Source of the DNA: Chrysomallon squamiferum
Taxonomy: Eukaryota > Animalia > Mollusca
Length of the DNA: 64,000 nt
Reading direction: 5' to 3'
NCBI GenBank assembly: GCA_012295275.1
Contig: CM022671.1
Coordinates: 10,416,001-10,480,000 of the forward strand
The position numbers and the translations under genes are program-made. Of this stretch, positions 41,382 to 54,753 are shown in pieces. The notes beneath the pieces were generated by a model. The model made no database searches. It was not told the origin of the DNA and worked only from the letters and a program-made list of their open reading frames with translations. Within the stretch, counting starts at the first letter, position 1, and each line of letters starts with the position of its first letter.

Positions 41382-42867
41382 AATAACAAGTACATCTGCA
41401 TTATTATCAAGGTGTTTCTGAACTCACGTGTTTTGGTAAGTATTATTATTATAAAGTTTTGTATAATTATGATAGTTATTTTATACTGAAATAATATACA
41501 TCCAGGTTAATGATTTGTATTGTTTTGATGTTAGCAAAAAACACAACACTATAGGTATATCCACATAAAGTCACACTGTTGTTTGTGTTTATAACTGTTT
41601 TCCAGCAAGCCTGTTGTCTAGTTAGTTTGTTAAATGTATGTTGTAACAGTAATACTTGGCCCAGACTCAAGACATTTTCCTTAGGGATCACGTACACAAA
41701 AATGAACTTGCATGCTATATTTCTGCCATAAAATAAATTTCTGCTATTACAGTGGTCATTATATAGTTGTAATCTTATTTTATGTTACAAATTCATTCAA
41801 ATACATAAGCTGGTACAACTCATTTTCTGTTATTGCTTGTATTAAGCCTTTAAGGCCATTTCTGGGCATGAAAATTAACTATCTTATTTGCAATTAATTA
41901 CCATATACTGCACATGTTTTAGTATCATCGGTCACAGAAACCAAAATACTGTTTGAGTTGATAAGTTGTCATTGTCTTGGCTACATCAGTGAAAAGCAGA
42001 TTTAATGGAATTTTGAGATACGGTTTCATGCCTGTTGGTCTGTCAGTCGCGCATAATGTTATTATACAAGACTGTTGAGTGGATGCTTAGAACTGCACAT
42101 GGCTTTAAATTCTTTCATAAAAATAAAGTAGTTTTATGAATTGATAAAATATGTGAAAACTGTTTTAACATTAAAGATTTGTAAAATTAATAATCATTTA
42201 TTATTGTTTATTTTTTTTATTTTACAGATTATGAAGCTTCAAAAAGAATATAAAGCACAAGCAAAGCAGAAAACAGATGCTGTCTACAAAATACATGCAC
42301 AAATAACACATGTGCATATACTTACTGTGGCTTGTATGAACAGTAAGTAATAAAAAAATATTTTATTTCTTGAAATAGTACACTTTGTAAAATAGTATAA
42401 ACAGTTTCATTTTGCATAAAAAACTTATGTTCTATAAATATTTCTTTAAGAAAATCTAAATTTTTATAACAATTATATAAATCTCATCAATTAAGAAAAA
42501 AGAAAGAAACAAATAAACAACAGGAAAATAAACTGAAAAACCTCCAATATCTTTTTCCCTCATCATCCATAAATATATACTGATATTTAAAATTGTGTTT
42601 GTTTCACAAATTAAAACAATTTTTGATTTATTATTGCTAACTTTTTAATCATGAATAGTAACATGTACATATATTTTTTTGATTACAGGAATTTATGAGG
42701 GAAACTTTCTTCAAATTTGTGAAAATGGTGAAAATACGGACATCAAAAATTAAAATAAGGAAGAAAAGATAGAAAACAGTAGAAAAAAAAGAAGAAAGAA
42801 AAAGACATTATAAATGGAAGCTTGAACGGAAGTGAACAAAGCAATAATGAGCAAGCCACAGTTATTA
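41382..42867 (+). other. Candidate exon chain (41382-41435, 42228-42342, 42689-42867) of a lncRNA, small-ORF gene or pseudogene
   Basis: Each segment has a T-rich acceptor (TTTCAG, TTTACAG, TTACAG) and a GTAAGT donor. The spliced frame is open to TAA at 42751-42753. No recognisable homology. Confidence 0.45.
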
Positions 42868-43334
42868 GTAAGTCGAGATAATTTCTGAATTGCTGTATTT
42901 TATCTACATTGCTATTGTAATGTTAGAATTAGCATTCCTAGTATCAAGTATGTTAGTATTTTCATCAGTCAAATGAAGTTTCATTTATTGCTGTGTTTAA
43001 AAAAGTTCTAAATACTTTTATTACTATTTTTTTTTTTTTGCTTACTTTGATTGGTTAAAATGTATTTACTTGTATTTTTCTTTTTTTTTTTCAAATTTAT
43101 AATTTTTATTCTAATATTTATTATTTTTTCTTTCTTTTTCTCTGACATTGATTTTAAAAATCTTTAATTTACTTCATTATTTTTAAAATTTATTTTTTTT
43201 ATTTATTTATTTTTTTTTTTTATTATTATTATTAATATTATTATTATTTAAATTTATAATATTTTTCTTCCTTATTTCTGTTATGAACTTAAAAATATTT
43301 TAGTTTAATTTATTTTTTTATTTACTACTACTAC

Positions 43335-43404
<70 letters not shown>

Positions 43405-44924
43405 TTATTATTATTATTATTTACATTTAATTTTTTCTTTATTTTTTCTGTTATGAATTTAAAAATATTTTAGTTTAATTTATTTATTTATTTACTACTA
43501 TTACTAGTACTATTATTATTAGAGCTATTATTATTATTATTACTGTTATTATTATTATTATTTTTTATTTAGAATTACTATATGTATATTTAAAATTATA
43601 GTTTCATTATAAGATTAATAGACCTCAATTTTGAAAGAGAAAAGAAAATCAGTATCAAATAAGATATACATATAGTACAATAGATAAATGTATTGTGTTA
43701 TTTTATTGCTGTCTTTTTGTTTTTTGAAGAAAAAAAAAAGTAGTTAAATCAGTAGTGGTATATTTTAATTTTTCTTTTCAAAAATTATTTCAATGTGGTA
43801 TTTTTTTCCACACATCCATGTTTACATTAAGATTATCTGTAATATCTCAGGTAAAAGTGTCTTTAAAGTGTTATACATTTGTATGAACACATAAAATGTT
43901 ACATTAGTATCCACTTATGTATCATAAGCACATTCAAGTAAAAGTGACAACCAGTAATGGAGAAAACTTCTGTTGTTCCCAATATTTCTTTTACAGAATC
44001 CTTGTAGTGTAAATTTACTTTTACTTTTTTTTTCTTTTTTAAAATTATCATGAAAAGAAAATGTGAGTAACACTTAAATAAAAACAAACACACAAAACGC
44101 ACACATGCATTGCATTTATGAAAAAATTACAATGACAGTTACATTAGACATCAAGATGATACTAAGATAAGATCTCTTTTTCAATAGAAACAATATTGAA
44201 AAACATCTTAAAGAATATAAGTGAATCTTTATGAAAAAAATGAGGTTGGTTTGTTTTCATTCAGAAAACAACAACTTTAGAGTATTAAGTTAAACTGCTT
44301 TAGTTTTCTTTGAGAACATTTTGTCTCTTTCTTCTTGATTGCTAGAATTAAGAAGTAGAAAATTTGACATGTAGCAAGGAAAACAGATGCTTTTTCTAGG
44401 GTTATTTTGCCCCAAGACTGAAACTATTTTCTGATTTCCTCTTATTTGATTTCATCATTTTTATATTTTATTAGAACTAATAGATATTTATCCTTTGCTG
44501 CTTCTTGCACATGGGTATAAACATTTGGTATTTCCCCATTCCAGCCAGTGGTCCTTGTTTGTTTCATCAAAGGCCATGGCTTGTTCTTTGCTCTTGTTGT
44601 AAAGAGTTATTATGAAACAATCCTGTCTGCTGTGTGACAAAACTAGCCAACTGTTAATGTTAAAATGAGGTTTTTTAATTCCTCTTTCACTGTAAATTAG
44701 CTATAATTTCAAAAGATAAATAACATGTATCTGAACATTACTGTATTCCTGTCACAGTTGTTGTATTTAATGAGTCAAGCTCAAAATTGTGTTAAGATCA
44801 GTTTTCTTTTGAAAGCAACAGAGTATTTCCATTTACAACAAGGGGTCATCTAGAGGTGTTCCCAAAATTGTAATACATGGTTTTCTGTCTGTGAAAGATC
44901 CATTTAAAACATTTCTTGCTGTTT

Positions 44925-45250
44925 CATCAGTATCATAGCACTGACGTAGGCTCCCATTGTTCAGAAAAAAGCTTCAGCATATTGTTTGAAAATCTTCGTA
45001 ATTTGCCTTCTGCCAGCCAATACTTTTCCAGTCCTTGTCCAGTCCATTCCTTCATATTCCATTCCTCTTGTTGGCCTTCATCTAAACCTTTTCCCTTCTT
45101 ATGGTTTTAAGTGGTCATATGCAATATCCACAGGTTGTACTGTGTTCAACTCCTGTGCCATGCACTTGTCTGCTTGTTTTCATCATGTTCAGTCATATAT
45201 GTTTTCTCTGATTAATCTAGCAGTACAGAGTTTCTTCTCTCTGATATAAC
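44925..45250 (-). mobile_element. Decayed 3' end of an RTE-clade LINE
   Basis: Frameshifted translation AWHRS*TQYNLWILHMTT/KP*EGKRFR*RPTR/LDKDWKSIGWQK/KQYAEAFF resembles the RTE C-terminus (WAGH...DNRW...WKP.EGKRxRGRP...W...EAF). A TGATACTGATGA tail-like stretch follows. Confidence 0.6.
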
Positions 45251-45579
45251 TACTAAAGAAAAATCATGTATCCTGTATTTTGTTGGACAGCTCATTAATT
45301 CATTCAGTGTCTTTCTTAGTGATGTTTGTAAAATTAGTCATTTTTAGAAACAAAAGAGAAAATGAATAATAAGTTAAAACAAGTAGAAAAAAAAAAAAGT
45401 AACCATTAAACAAAGATGAATATTTGCATTTGTAAATTATATATTTTATTTTACTTCAATCAAAGCATTTCAAATTATTTTGTTCTTTTTCAAGTTTTTG
45501 CCTAACATTGTGTGCTGTACTGAATATTTACAGTACAAATATGTTGATCATGGTAACTTGTAGAAAGTAGATGTTAAAC

Positions 45580-45584
<5 letters not shown>

Positions 45585-45666
<82 letters not shown>
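45585..45666. repeat. (CT)n microsatellite
   Basis: Direct reading. Confidence 0.97.
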
Positions 45667-45675
<9 letters not shown>

Positions 45676-45917
45676 AATCTAAATAAAAAAACACATTGGC
45701 GTGGAACTGCCTGTCTGTCTAGTCTAAAGAGTGCTAGTACTATTTGGTCTTGTATACTTTTATTTGAAATATTGTCATTTGTATAGTGGTGGGGAGAAAC
45801 TTTTCACTTTAACAGCAGGGATCATGTGAAGCAGGCTAGTTGTTCTGCACAATTAAAAACAAGTCAGATAACGTTTTGGTTGACAGAGTAAATACAATGA
45901 TTTCACACTTCTAATTT

Positions 45918-46026
45918 AAATAAACATATTCCAGAGGAAGAAACCTAAATTAGGAACAGTCCACACATTTTAATAAACATATTCCAGAGGAAGAAACCTA
46001 AATTAGGATCAGTCCACACATTTTAA
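45918..46026. repeat. Tandem duplication, 2 x 53 bp
   Basis: TAAACATATTCCAGAGGAAGAAACC starts at 45921 and 45974. Confidence 0.9.
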
Positions 46027-46184
46027 ATATGGATGTAATAACAAAATGATAACTTGTACAAACATGTTGATGTTTATTTCAGTTTTACTGGTGGGATAGA
46101 TTTATTTTCATGGTACTTTTGGGTCCTATTTTTTCTTTTCTTTTTCCTTTTTCTTTTTATTTCGGGGGAAACTCGTATATGTAG

Positions 46185-48023
46185 AAAAAAGTAGAATAGA
46201 AGTTGGGCTGGTTACTGGAAATAAGCACATTTGATTTAAACTGTGTATTATATAAAATCAGAGACAGCTGTTGTGATAGAAATCATAAATAAGCAACTAA
46301 GGAGAAGACAGCTTGATTATTCAGAAACATTATATAATTCTGTTGTTGGCAACTCAAACAAAACAACTGAACAGAGGCGATCCTAGTTACTAGAAATAAG
46401 TACACCTAACATACATTTTACTAAAATTATGTAAGAAAAGAGTAGAATAGAAGTGTGGCTGGTTACTGGAAATAAGCACATTTGATTTAAACTGTATTAT
46501 ATAAAACAGAGACAGCTGTTCTCATAGAATTCATAAATAAGCAACTAAAGAGAAGACAGCTTGTTTATTTAGATACATTATATAATAAATAAATAAATAA
46601 ATAAAGTTTAAAATTTAAACACATAGGCATGATGGATATTGTTAGAAACAAATACATTTGGATACTTTAATAAAATAACTGGACAGAGGTAATGTTAGTT
46701 AAAAGAAATAAGTACACCTGATATAAATTGTACTAAAATTCTTATATAACAGCAGAGTAGAATAGAAGATGGGCTGGTTACTGGAAATAAGCACATTTGA
46801 TTTAAACTGTATTATATAAAATCAGAGACAGCTGTTGTGATAGAAATCATAAATAAGCAACTAAGGAGAAGACAGCTTGATTATTTAGAAACATTATATA
46901 ATTCTGTTGTTGGCAACTCCAACAAAACAACTGAACAGAGGTGATCCTAGTTACTAGAAATAAGTACACCTAACATACATTTGACTAAAATTATGTAAGA
47001 AAAGAGTAGAATAGAAGTGGGCTGGTTACTGGAAATAAGCACATTTGATTTAAACTGTATTATATAAAACAGAGACAGCTGTTCTCATAGAATTCATAAA
47101 TAAGCAACTAAAGAGAAGACAGCTTGTTTATTTAGATACATTATATAATAAATAAATAAATAAAGTTTAAAATTTAAACACATAGGCATGATGGATATTG
47201 TTAGAAACAAATACATTTGGATACTTTAATAAAATAACTGGACAGAGGTAATGTTAGTTAAAAGAAATAAGTACACCTGATATAAATTGTACTAAAATTC
47301 TTATATAACAGCAGAGTAGAACAGAAGATGGGCTGGTTACTGGAAATAAGCACATTTGATTTAAACTGTGTATTATATAAAATCAGAGACAGTTAGCTTT
47401 TGTGATAGAAATCATAAATAAGCAGCCAAAGAAAAGACAGCTTGTTTATTTAGATACATTATATAATAAATAAATAAATAAATATAAATAAATAAACAAA
47501 TAAATAAATAAATATATAAATAATTTTTAAAATTTAAACACATAGGCATGATGGATAGTGTTAGAAACAAATACATTTTAGTCGACTGAATTCAGTTGTT
47601 GGATACTTTAATAAACTAACTGGACTGAGGTAATGTTAGTTAAAAGAAATAAGTACACCTGATATAAATTTAACCAGTTTGATATTCTTAATGGGTGGAT
47701 ATTTATAACATTTGGACAAAAAAAAAAGACAAATAAAAAGAAATAACATTAGTTTCTTTAAAGAAGCTCACCAGACATTATATTATTTAAATTGTGTACA
47801 GTGATGAAATGCTAAGTACTGTTAGAATTATTTTTATAGCTGGCATAAATTTTATTAAAATTATTATATAATTAAACAGTTGAATAGAAGTTGATCAGAT
47901 TACTGGAAATAAGCACATCTGATTTAAACTGAGGATTGTATAAACTCAGAGACCGCTCTTTTGATATTAGTCCAAAATAAACAACTAAACAGAAGACAGC
48001 TTGTATATTTAGAAGTATTATAA

Positions 48024-48054
<31 letters not shown>

Positions 48055-48500
48055 GAATTTAAAAATTTAAACACATAGGCATCATGGATATTGTTATAAA
48101 CAAGTACATTTTTGTTCAGATTTCATTCAGTTGTTGGTTACTTTAATAAAATAACTGAACAGAGGTAATGTTAGTTAAAAGAAACAAGCACATCTGATAT
48201 AAATTTTACTATTTTGATATTCTCAGATATTTATGAAAATAAATGAAAAGAAATAGCATTAGTTTCTTCAAAAAAAGCTTACTAACCATTGCATCATTTA
48301 AATGTTAGTTTTGGAAATCTATTGAAAATGCTTCCACTGAACAGTCTAGGATATTGTGGAACAAATGCATCTATTTTTACTTCTTTTCTTTTCCTTGTAT
48401 TTAATATTGAAGTTGATGGTTAATAGTAATAATTATAGTAAAACTACTGAATATAAATTGAGTTAGTTATTAGAAATAAGCACATCTGATTTAAATGTTC
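46185..48500 (+). repeat. Tandem repeat family C with alternating ~250/~313-bp units (~565-bp dimer)
   Basis: GTAGAAYAGAAG..GGCTGGTTACTGGAAATAAGCAC at 46191, 46442, 46757, 47006 and 47316; degenerate copies continue to ~48500. Confidence 0.88.
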
Positions 48501-49240
48501 TGTTATTTAAACTCTTACATTGGTAGCTGAAATAAACAGCTGAATAGATGTAATACAGGTACAGAGATAAACGAAATGTGAAATAAATAAACACTTTGGA
48601 ACTTATTGATATAACTTCATGGGAAACTTTACAGTTATAAAAGCATAGTGGGGAATTTATGTTTTTCATATCATGTTGTTTTTTTTTTTTAATTTCTTTT
48701 TATTTCTTTTTTTTTTTTTTTAATTCATTTCTATAATCATTGCTTAAAACAAAAAATGAAAACTAAAAATTGTTTAGAAAAAATCAACAACAGTAGATGG
48801 GTGGTGTCCATTTTTTCAGCAGGTTTAAGGCATTCCAATACCATTGCCCAAACTGTGCCCTGTAGTTGATAATCCATCCTAGGTAGAAACAGTCCTGGTA
48901 ATGCAGTCTCATTCCTGATATTCTGACGCATGACTATCCTGTTTGCTGACATCCATTTTAGATAGGGATTGTCTCCACCCTCCTGTCTGTTCATTGATGA
49001 GTGTCATATTTACTGATAATTCCAGTTATTTGAAAATGTCTACTAAAATTTCAGTAAGTTAACAAATTGTACAATTAAAATTATAGCTTTATATTTCTTG
49101 GTAGTTAATTTCTCTTAAACATCCATGCAAGAGGTATTTAAGAAGCACTAGATAAAGAAAAACAAAAGGAATAATAATAAAATTTAAAACAAAAACTGTT
49201 TAATGCACTCTAATGTAATGTAAACTTAAAATATTTTAAT

Positions 49241-49487
49241 TCTTTGATGATCTGGTCAGGAATAGTGACTGACCAGTAGATAACTGGAATGGTGTCATTT
49301 TTCCTGTAGGGCAGACAGATCATCAGAGATTTAATAATAATAACTTTGAAAAATCTTTTGTCTATTTCTCTTGCCTAACAGCACAAGTCTTTCTACTCTG
49401 TGATGGTCTGTGCAGTAGCAGTGAATGACCAGTGAATAATCTGGAATACATTCATTACTCCTGTGGGGCAGACAGATCATTGGAGAG
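49241..49487. ncRNA. Two tandem homologous ~90-nt extended hairpins (candidate structured RNA, class unknown)
   Basis: 49241-49329 and 49396-49487 share a fold with two compensatory pair changes. Strand undetermined. Confidence 0.35.
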
Positions 49488-50300
49488 CTTTCACTTCTCA
49501 TTTCATTTCAATTTATCGATTTAGATTCAGAATGATAGGTGTCTTCAAAACATTAAATTTATCACATAAACATTTTACTTATCAAACACTTGCTATGCTG
49601 CACTAATTGATAAACAGATAGAAGGGTTACATCCATAATCTGATATGCCTAGTGTGTAAATATGACACTTCCACCAATGGGGAGCATAACAGTGATATGT
49701 TTTGTTTAAATTTATCAATAAAATCTTCTTGAGAAAGCTGCAGTATGCTCATTATATTTTCATTTGTAAGAAAACAAACATTATAAGTTTTGAACTGTCA
49801 TGCGTCAATATGCTGGTTGACCAGCCAAGTGTGCTGTAATACCAAAACAGTTGGGGATTATAGTCTACATATCCCTTTAAGTCATTACATATTAAAACAG
49901 AAAGTAAACCTTAAAAAATTATATATATATACTTTATTTAATATGGGGTAATTTAGTTACATTTTCAATATATTTTAAAGTTTCATTCTTATCATTATTA
50001 TTTAAAGCAGCAATACAAAAAAAGTTACAAATGAAAAGGGAAATCATTGTCAGTTTAAAAATCTCTTTGTTTCAAACAAGAAAATAAATTAACATTAAAA
50101 TTTACAACTTTGTCTGATGTGCTTATTTCTAATCCCTGACAGGTATAAAATTTATATTCTATGGTGATATATTTACTTTTTTCATCATATTATCATTTAC
50201 TTAATGTTAGCTAGAATACTTATAAATATTGCATTTAAAATTAAAATTAAACTTTTTACAAAATAGTAAATTTTAATGTCATGTTTACTTTTCAAAGATA

Positions 50301-50341
<41 letters not shown>

Positions 50342-50396
50342 GAATTAGAATTAGAATTTTTTTTATTGTTCATGAGCTAAATACTTAAGGATATAT

Positions 50397-50596
50397 NNNN
50401 NNNNNNNNNNNNNNNNNNNNNNNNNNNNNNNNNNNNNNNNNNNNNNNNNNNNNNNNNNNNNNNNNNNNNNNNNNNNNNNNNNNNNNNNNNNNNNNNNNNN
50501 NNNNNNNNNNNNNNNNNNNNNNNNNNNNNNNNNNNNNNNNNNNNNNNNNNNNNNNNNNNNNNNNNNNNNNNNNNNNNNNNNNNNNNNNNNNNNNNN
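50397..50596. other. Assembly gap (200 N)
   Basis: Run of N. Confidence 1.
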
Positions 50597-51985
50597 AATA
50601 AACTTAATTAAGAATGTTTAAAAAAAAAAATTAATGTTACAGATTTTGTTTTTTATTACTTACTTCACATTGTGATATTGAGATAAATTGTAATTATGGT
50701 AATACATACTTAAACCATTGTTTTCAGTAGTTTCTTGAATTATTTATAAACATACCAATAGTTTCAAATTATTGCTGATTTTTATATTTTTGTTGAAAAT
50801 TTAACTCAATCTGATTTGAATGTATGGATTATGTCCTTCATACTATTTTTTCTTTTAAATCTTACCTACGGCAGTTAACCTTTCATTTTCTCTTTTAGTC
50901 AGTTTAGAAAACTAAGCTTAACAAATCCTTGATGCATATATTAATATCGACACTTGATTAGACTGAAGAAATATTTAATCCTTTTTTTATCACTTAATTC
51001 ATATAGTGATATTGAGATTACAATAGAATGACTTAGTACCAGTTAGATAAATTGTACTTATGGTAATACATGCTTAAACCAATGTATTCAGTAGTTTCTT
51101 GAATTATCTATGAATATACCCTCTCATTCAAATTAATGCTAAGTGATTTTTATATTTTCGTTGAAAATTTTACTCAATCTGATTTGCATTTGTGGATTGT
51201 TTCCATCATAATATATATATTTTTTTAAATCTTACCTACTGCAGTTAAACTTTTATTATTTATTCATTTTTAACAATATGATTTATTATTTATTATTTTC
51301 TATTTTAATCAGTTTAGAAGACTACGCTTAACAACAAACCCTTGATACACAGCTTAATATCAACATTGAAATAGTCTGAAGAAATATTTAATCTTACTTC
51401 AACAATGAAATCAGTGCAATCATTTCAGCAGTTCTTTTGATGAAAGAGAACTATGAGTTAAAATGGTTTCTAATTTCTAATATCCGAAATAAGGTCTATT
51501 AATTTGTTGTTACCTTTTAGATTTTAATCTTACATAGTTCGGTAATTTTCTATTTTCAATTTCTCTACACTATTTTCAAAATTTAATGTACTATAGAAAA
51601 GAATTGCTAAATAATAATAATAATAAAAATATAGTAGTTCACTTGATTATATTTTCTTAACCTCTATACTCCTGAAAAACAAGATTAATTGAGGCTTTTA
51701 AACAAAAATTAATGTTACAGAATGGTTTTTTCTTTATTACTTAGTTTACATTATATTTCCAAAAAATCTGAAAAGATAAGTTAACTATGAGTTAAACAAA
51801 ACTTTAAGAATGTGAATGATTTAATCAGAAATGTCTGAATAAATGTGTAACATTACAGCAATTGGAAACAATGCTCGGCTATTGGCAGAAACAGTGAATG
51901 ATTCACAAAAAGCAAAGTCATTTTAAATGCAATTTAATTTGATTCTTATTTATTATTTTAATTCATTGTTTTTAAAAGTTATATT

Positions 51986-52241
51986 CACTCCAAGAAAAAG
52001 GAAATTTGACAAAGCAGGTAAAAGAAGAAATTAACTAAATGAAATCAATGAATTTATAACAGATTTAGTTAATGGACAAGTCTGTTAGAGATTGAGCAGC
52101 TGATCTCTAACACGTCTGTCAAATTTGAGATCATTACCAATATATCAATAATATCGCGGGCAGTGCAATATTACTGATATCATTATTTTATATTTTTAAA
52201 TTTATAATATCCCTGCTTGTCATTTCTCCTTTCTGGTAGTG
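51986..52241 (-). mobile_element. 256-bp fold-back cassette, copy 8
   Basis: Reverse complement copy. Confidence 0.6.
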
Positions 52242-54319
52242 AAAATTAGGTGTTGTTTTTGAGATTATGATAGAATGTCATAGGATCTGATAAACTGTAA
52301 TCATAATAAAACTTACTTGATCTATTATTTTCAGTAGTTTCTTGAATTATATGTAAACAGAACAGTAGTTTCAAAGCAATGATTTTTTTTTTTTTTTTTG
52401 AAATTGTAACTGAGTCTGATTTGAATTTTTGCATTGCTTCCTTCATGCTGTATTTATTTTCTTTCAAATCTTAATGACTGCCTAAATTCTTATAATTTAT
52501 TTACTTTTAATAAACAATATTTCATTATTTATTATTTTATCTTTTAGTCAGTTTAGAAAACTAAGCTTAACAAATTCTTCATGCATATATTAATATCGAC
52601 ACCTGATTAGACTGAAGAAATATTTAATCCTTTTTTTATTACTTAGTTCATATTGTGATATTGAGATTACAATATAATGACTTAGTACCAGATAGATAAA
52701 TTGTATTTATGGTAATACATGCTAAAACCATTGTTTTCAGTAGTTTCTTGAATTATCTATGAATATATCCTTAGTTTCAAATTAATACTAAGTGATTTTT
52801 ATATTTTCGTTGAAAATCTTACTCAATCTGATTTGCATTTGTGGATTGATTCCATCACAATATATTTCTTTTTAAATCTTATCGACTGCAGTTAAATATT
52901 TATTATTTATTCATTTTTAATAATATGATTTATTATTTATTATTTTCTATTTTAATCAGTTTCAAAGACTACGCTTAACAACAAACCCTTGATACACAGA
53001 TTAAGATCAACATTGAAATAGTCTGAAGAAATATTTAATCTTACTTCAACAATGAAATCAGTGCAATCATTTCAGCAGTTCTTTTGATGAAAGAGAACTA
53101 TGAGTTAAAATCGTTTCTAATTTCTAATATCCGAAATAAGGTCTATTAATGTGTTGTTACATTTTAGCTTTTAATATTTTATCAGAAATATTTATCTTAC
53201 TTACTTGTAGTATTTTTAGATGACAATTTGTGTACAGCTTTCAAACTTTAAAGTACTACAGATTGATTTGAATAAAACCAAAATGGCTACAACAATAACA
53301 GCAACATTAATAATAATAAAAATACAGTAGTTCAGTTGATAATTATTTCTAAATCTCTACTCGTGAAAAATAAACTTAATTATGAGTCTTTTAAACAAAA
53401 ATTAATGTTACAGAATTTTTTTTATATTACTTAGTTCATTGTGATATTGACATTACAAAAGAATGTCTTAGTACCAGTTTGATAAATTGTAATTATGGTA
53501 ATAGAAACATAAACTATTGTTTTCAATATTTCTTGAATTATATCTATAAATATACCCACAGTTTCAAATTAATGCTAAGTGATTTTTATATTTTTGTTGA
53601 AAATTTAAATCAATCTCATTTGAATGTATGGATTATGTCCTTCATACGTATTTTTTTATTTTAAATCTTACCTACTGCAGCTAAACTTTTATAATTTATT
53701 AATTTTTAATAATATGTTATATGATTTATTAAATTCAGCAGCTCTTTTGGTGAAGACACCTATCAGTTAAAATGGTTTCTAATTTCTAATATGTGAAGTA
53801 AGGTATGTTATGTTATTAACTTTAGTTACATTTTAGAGTTTAATATTTTAGTGAGAAATATTTATCTTACATACTTCTGTAATTTTCAATTTTCAATTTC
53901 TCTACACTATTTTCAAAATTTAATGTACTATTGAAAAAAATTGCTAAAATAATAATAATAATAATAATATTGTAGTTTAGTTCATTATATTTCCTAAAGC
54001 TCTATACTACTAAAAAGTAAGTTTTATTGAGGCTTTTAAACAATAATTAATGTTACAGAATTGTTTTTTTATTACTTAGTTTACATTATATTTCCAAAAA
54101 ATCTGAATAATTAGTTAACTATGAGTTAAACAAAACTTTAAGAATGTGAATGATTTAATCAGAAATGTCTGAATAAATGTGTAACATTACAGCAATTGGA
54201 AACAATGCTCGGCTATTGGCAGAAACAGTGAATGATTCACAAAAAGCAAAGTCATTTTAAATGCAATTTAATTTGATTCTTATTTATTATTTTAATTCAT
54301 TGTTTTTAAAAGTTATATT

Positions 54320-54575
54320 CACTCCAAGAAAAAGGAAATTTGACAAAGCAGGTAAAAGAAGAAATTAACTAAATGAAATCAATGAATTTATAACAGATTT
54401 AGTTAATGGACAAGTCTGTTAGAGATTGAGCAGCTGATCTCTAACACGTCTGTCAAATTTGAGATCATTACCAATATATCAATAATATCACGGGCAGTGC
54501 AATATTACTGATGTCATTATTTTATATTTTTAAATTTATAATATCCCTGCTTGTCATTTCTCCTTTCTGGTAGTG
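54320..54575 (-). mobile_element. 256-bp fold-back cassette, copy 9
   Basis: Reverse complement copy. Confidence 0.6.
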
Positions 54576-54715
54576 AAAATTAGGTGTTGTTTTTGAGATT
54601 ATGATAGAATGTCATAGGATCTGATAAACTGTTATCATAATAAAACTTACTTGATCTATTATTTTCAATAGTTTCTTGAATTATATGTAAATAGAACAGT
54701 AGTTTCAAAGCAATG

Positions 54716-54753
<38 letters not shown>

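Noticed and set aside
48737-48994. 85-aa ORF in a GC-richer patch
   Set aside because: No recognisable motif or splice context; cannot be supported without a search.
51375-51420. Hammerhead-like CTGANGA...GAAA in satellite A
   Set aside because: Stem II does not pair and some copies read CTGAAAA.
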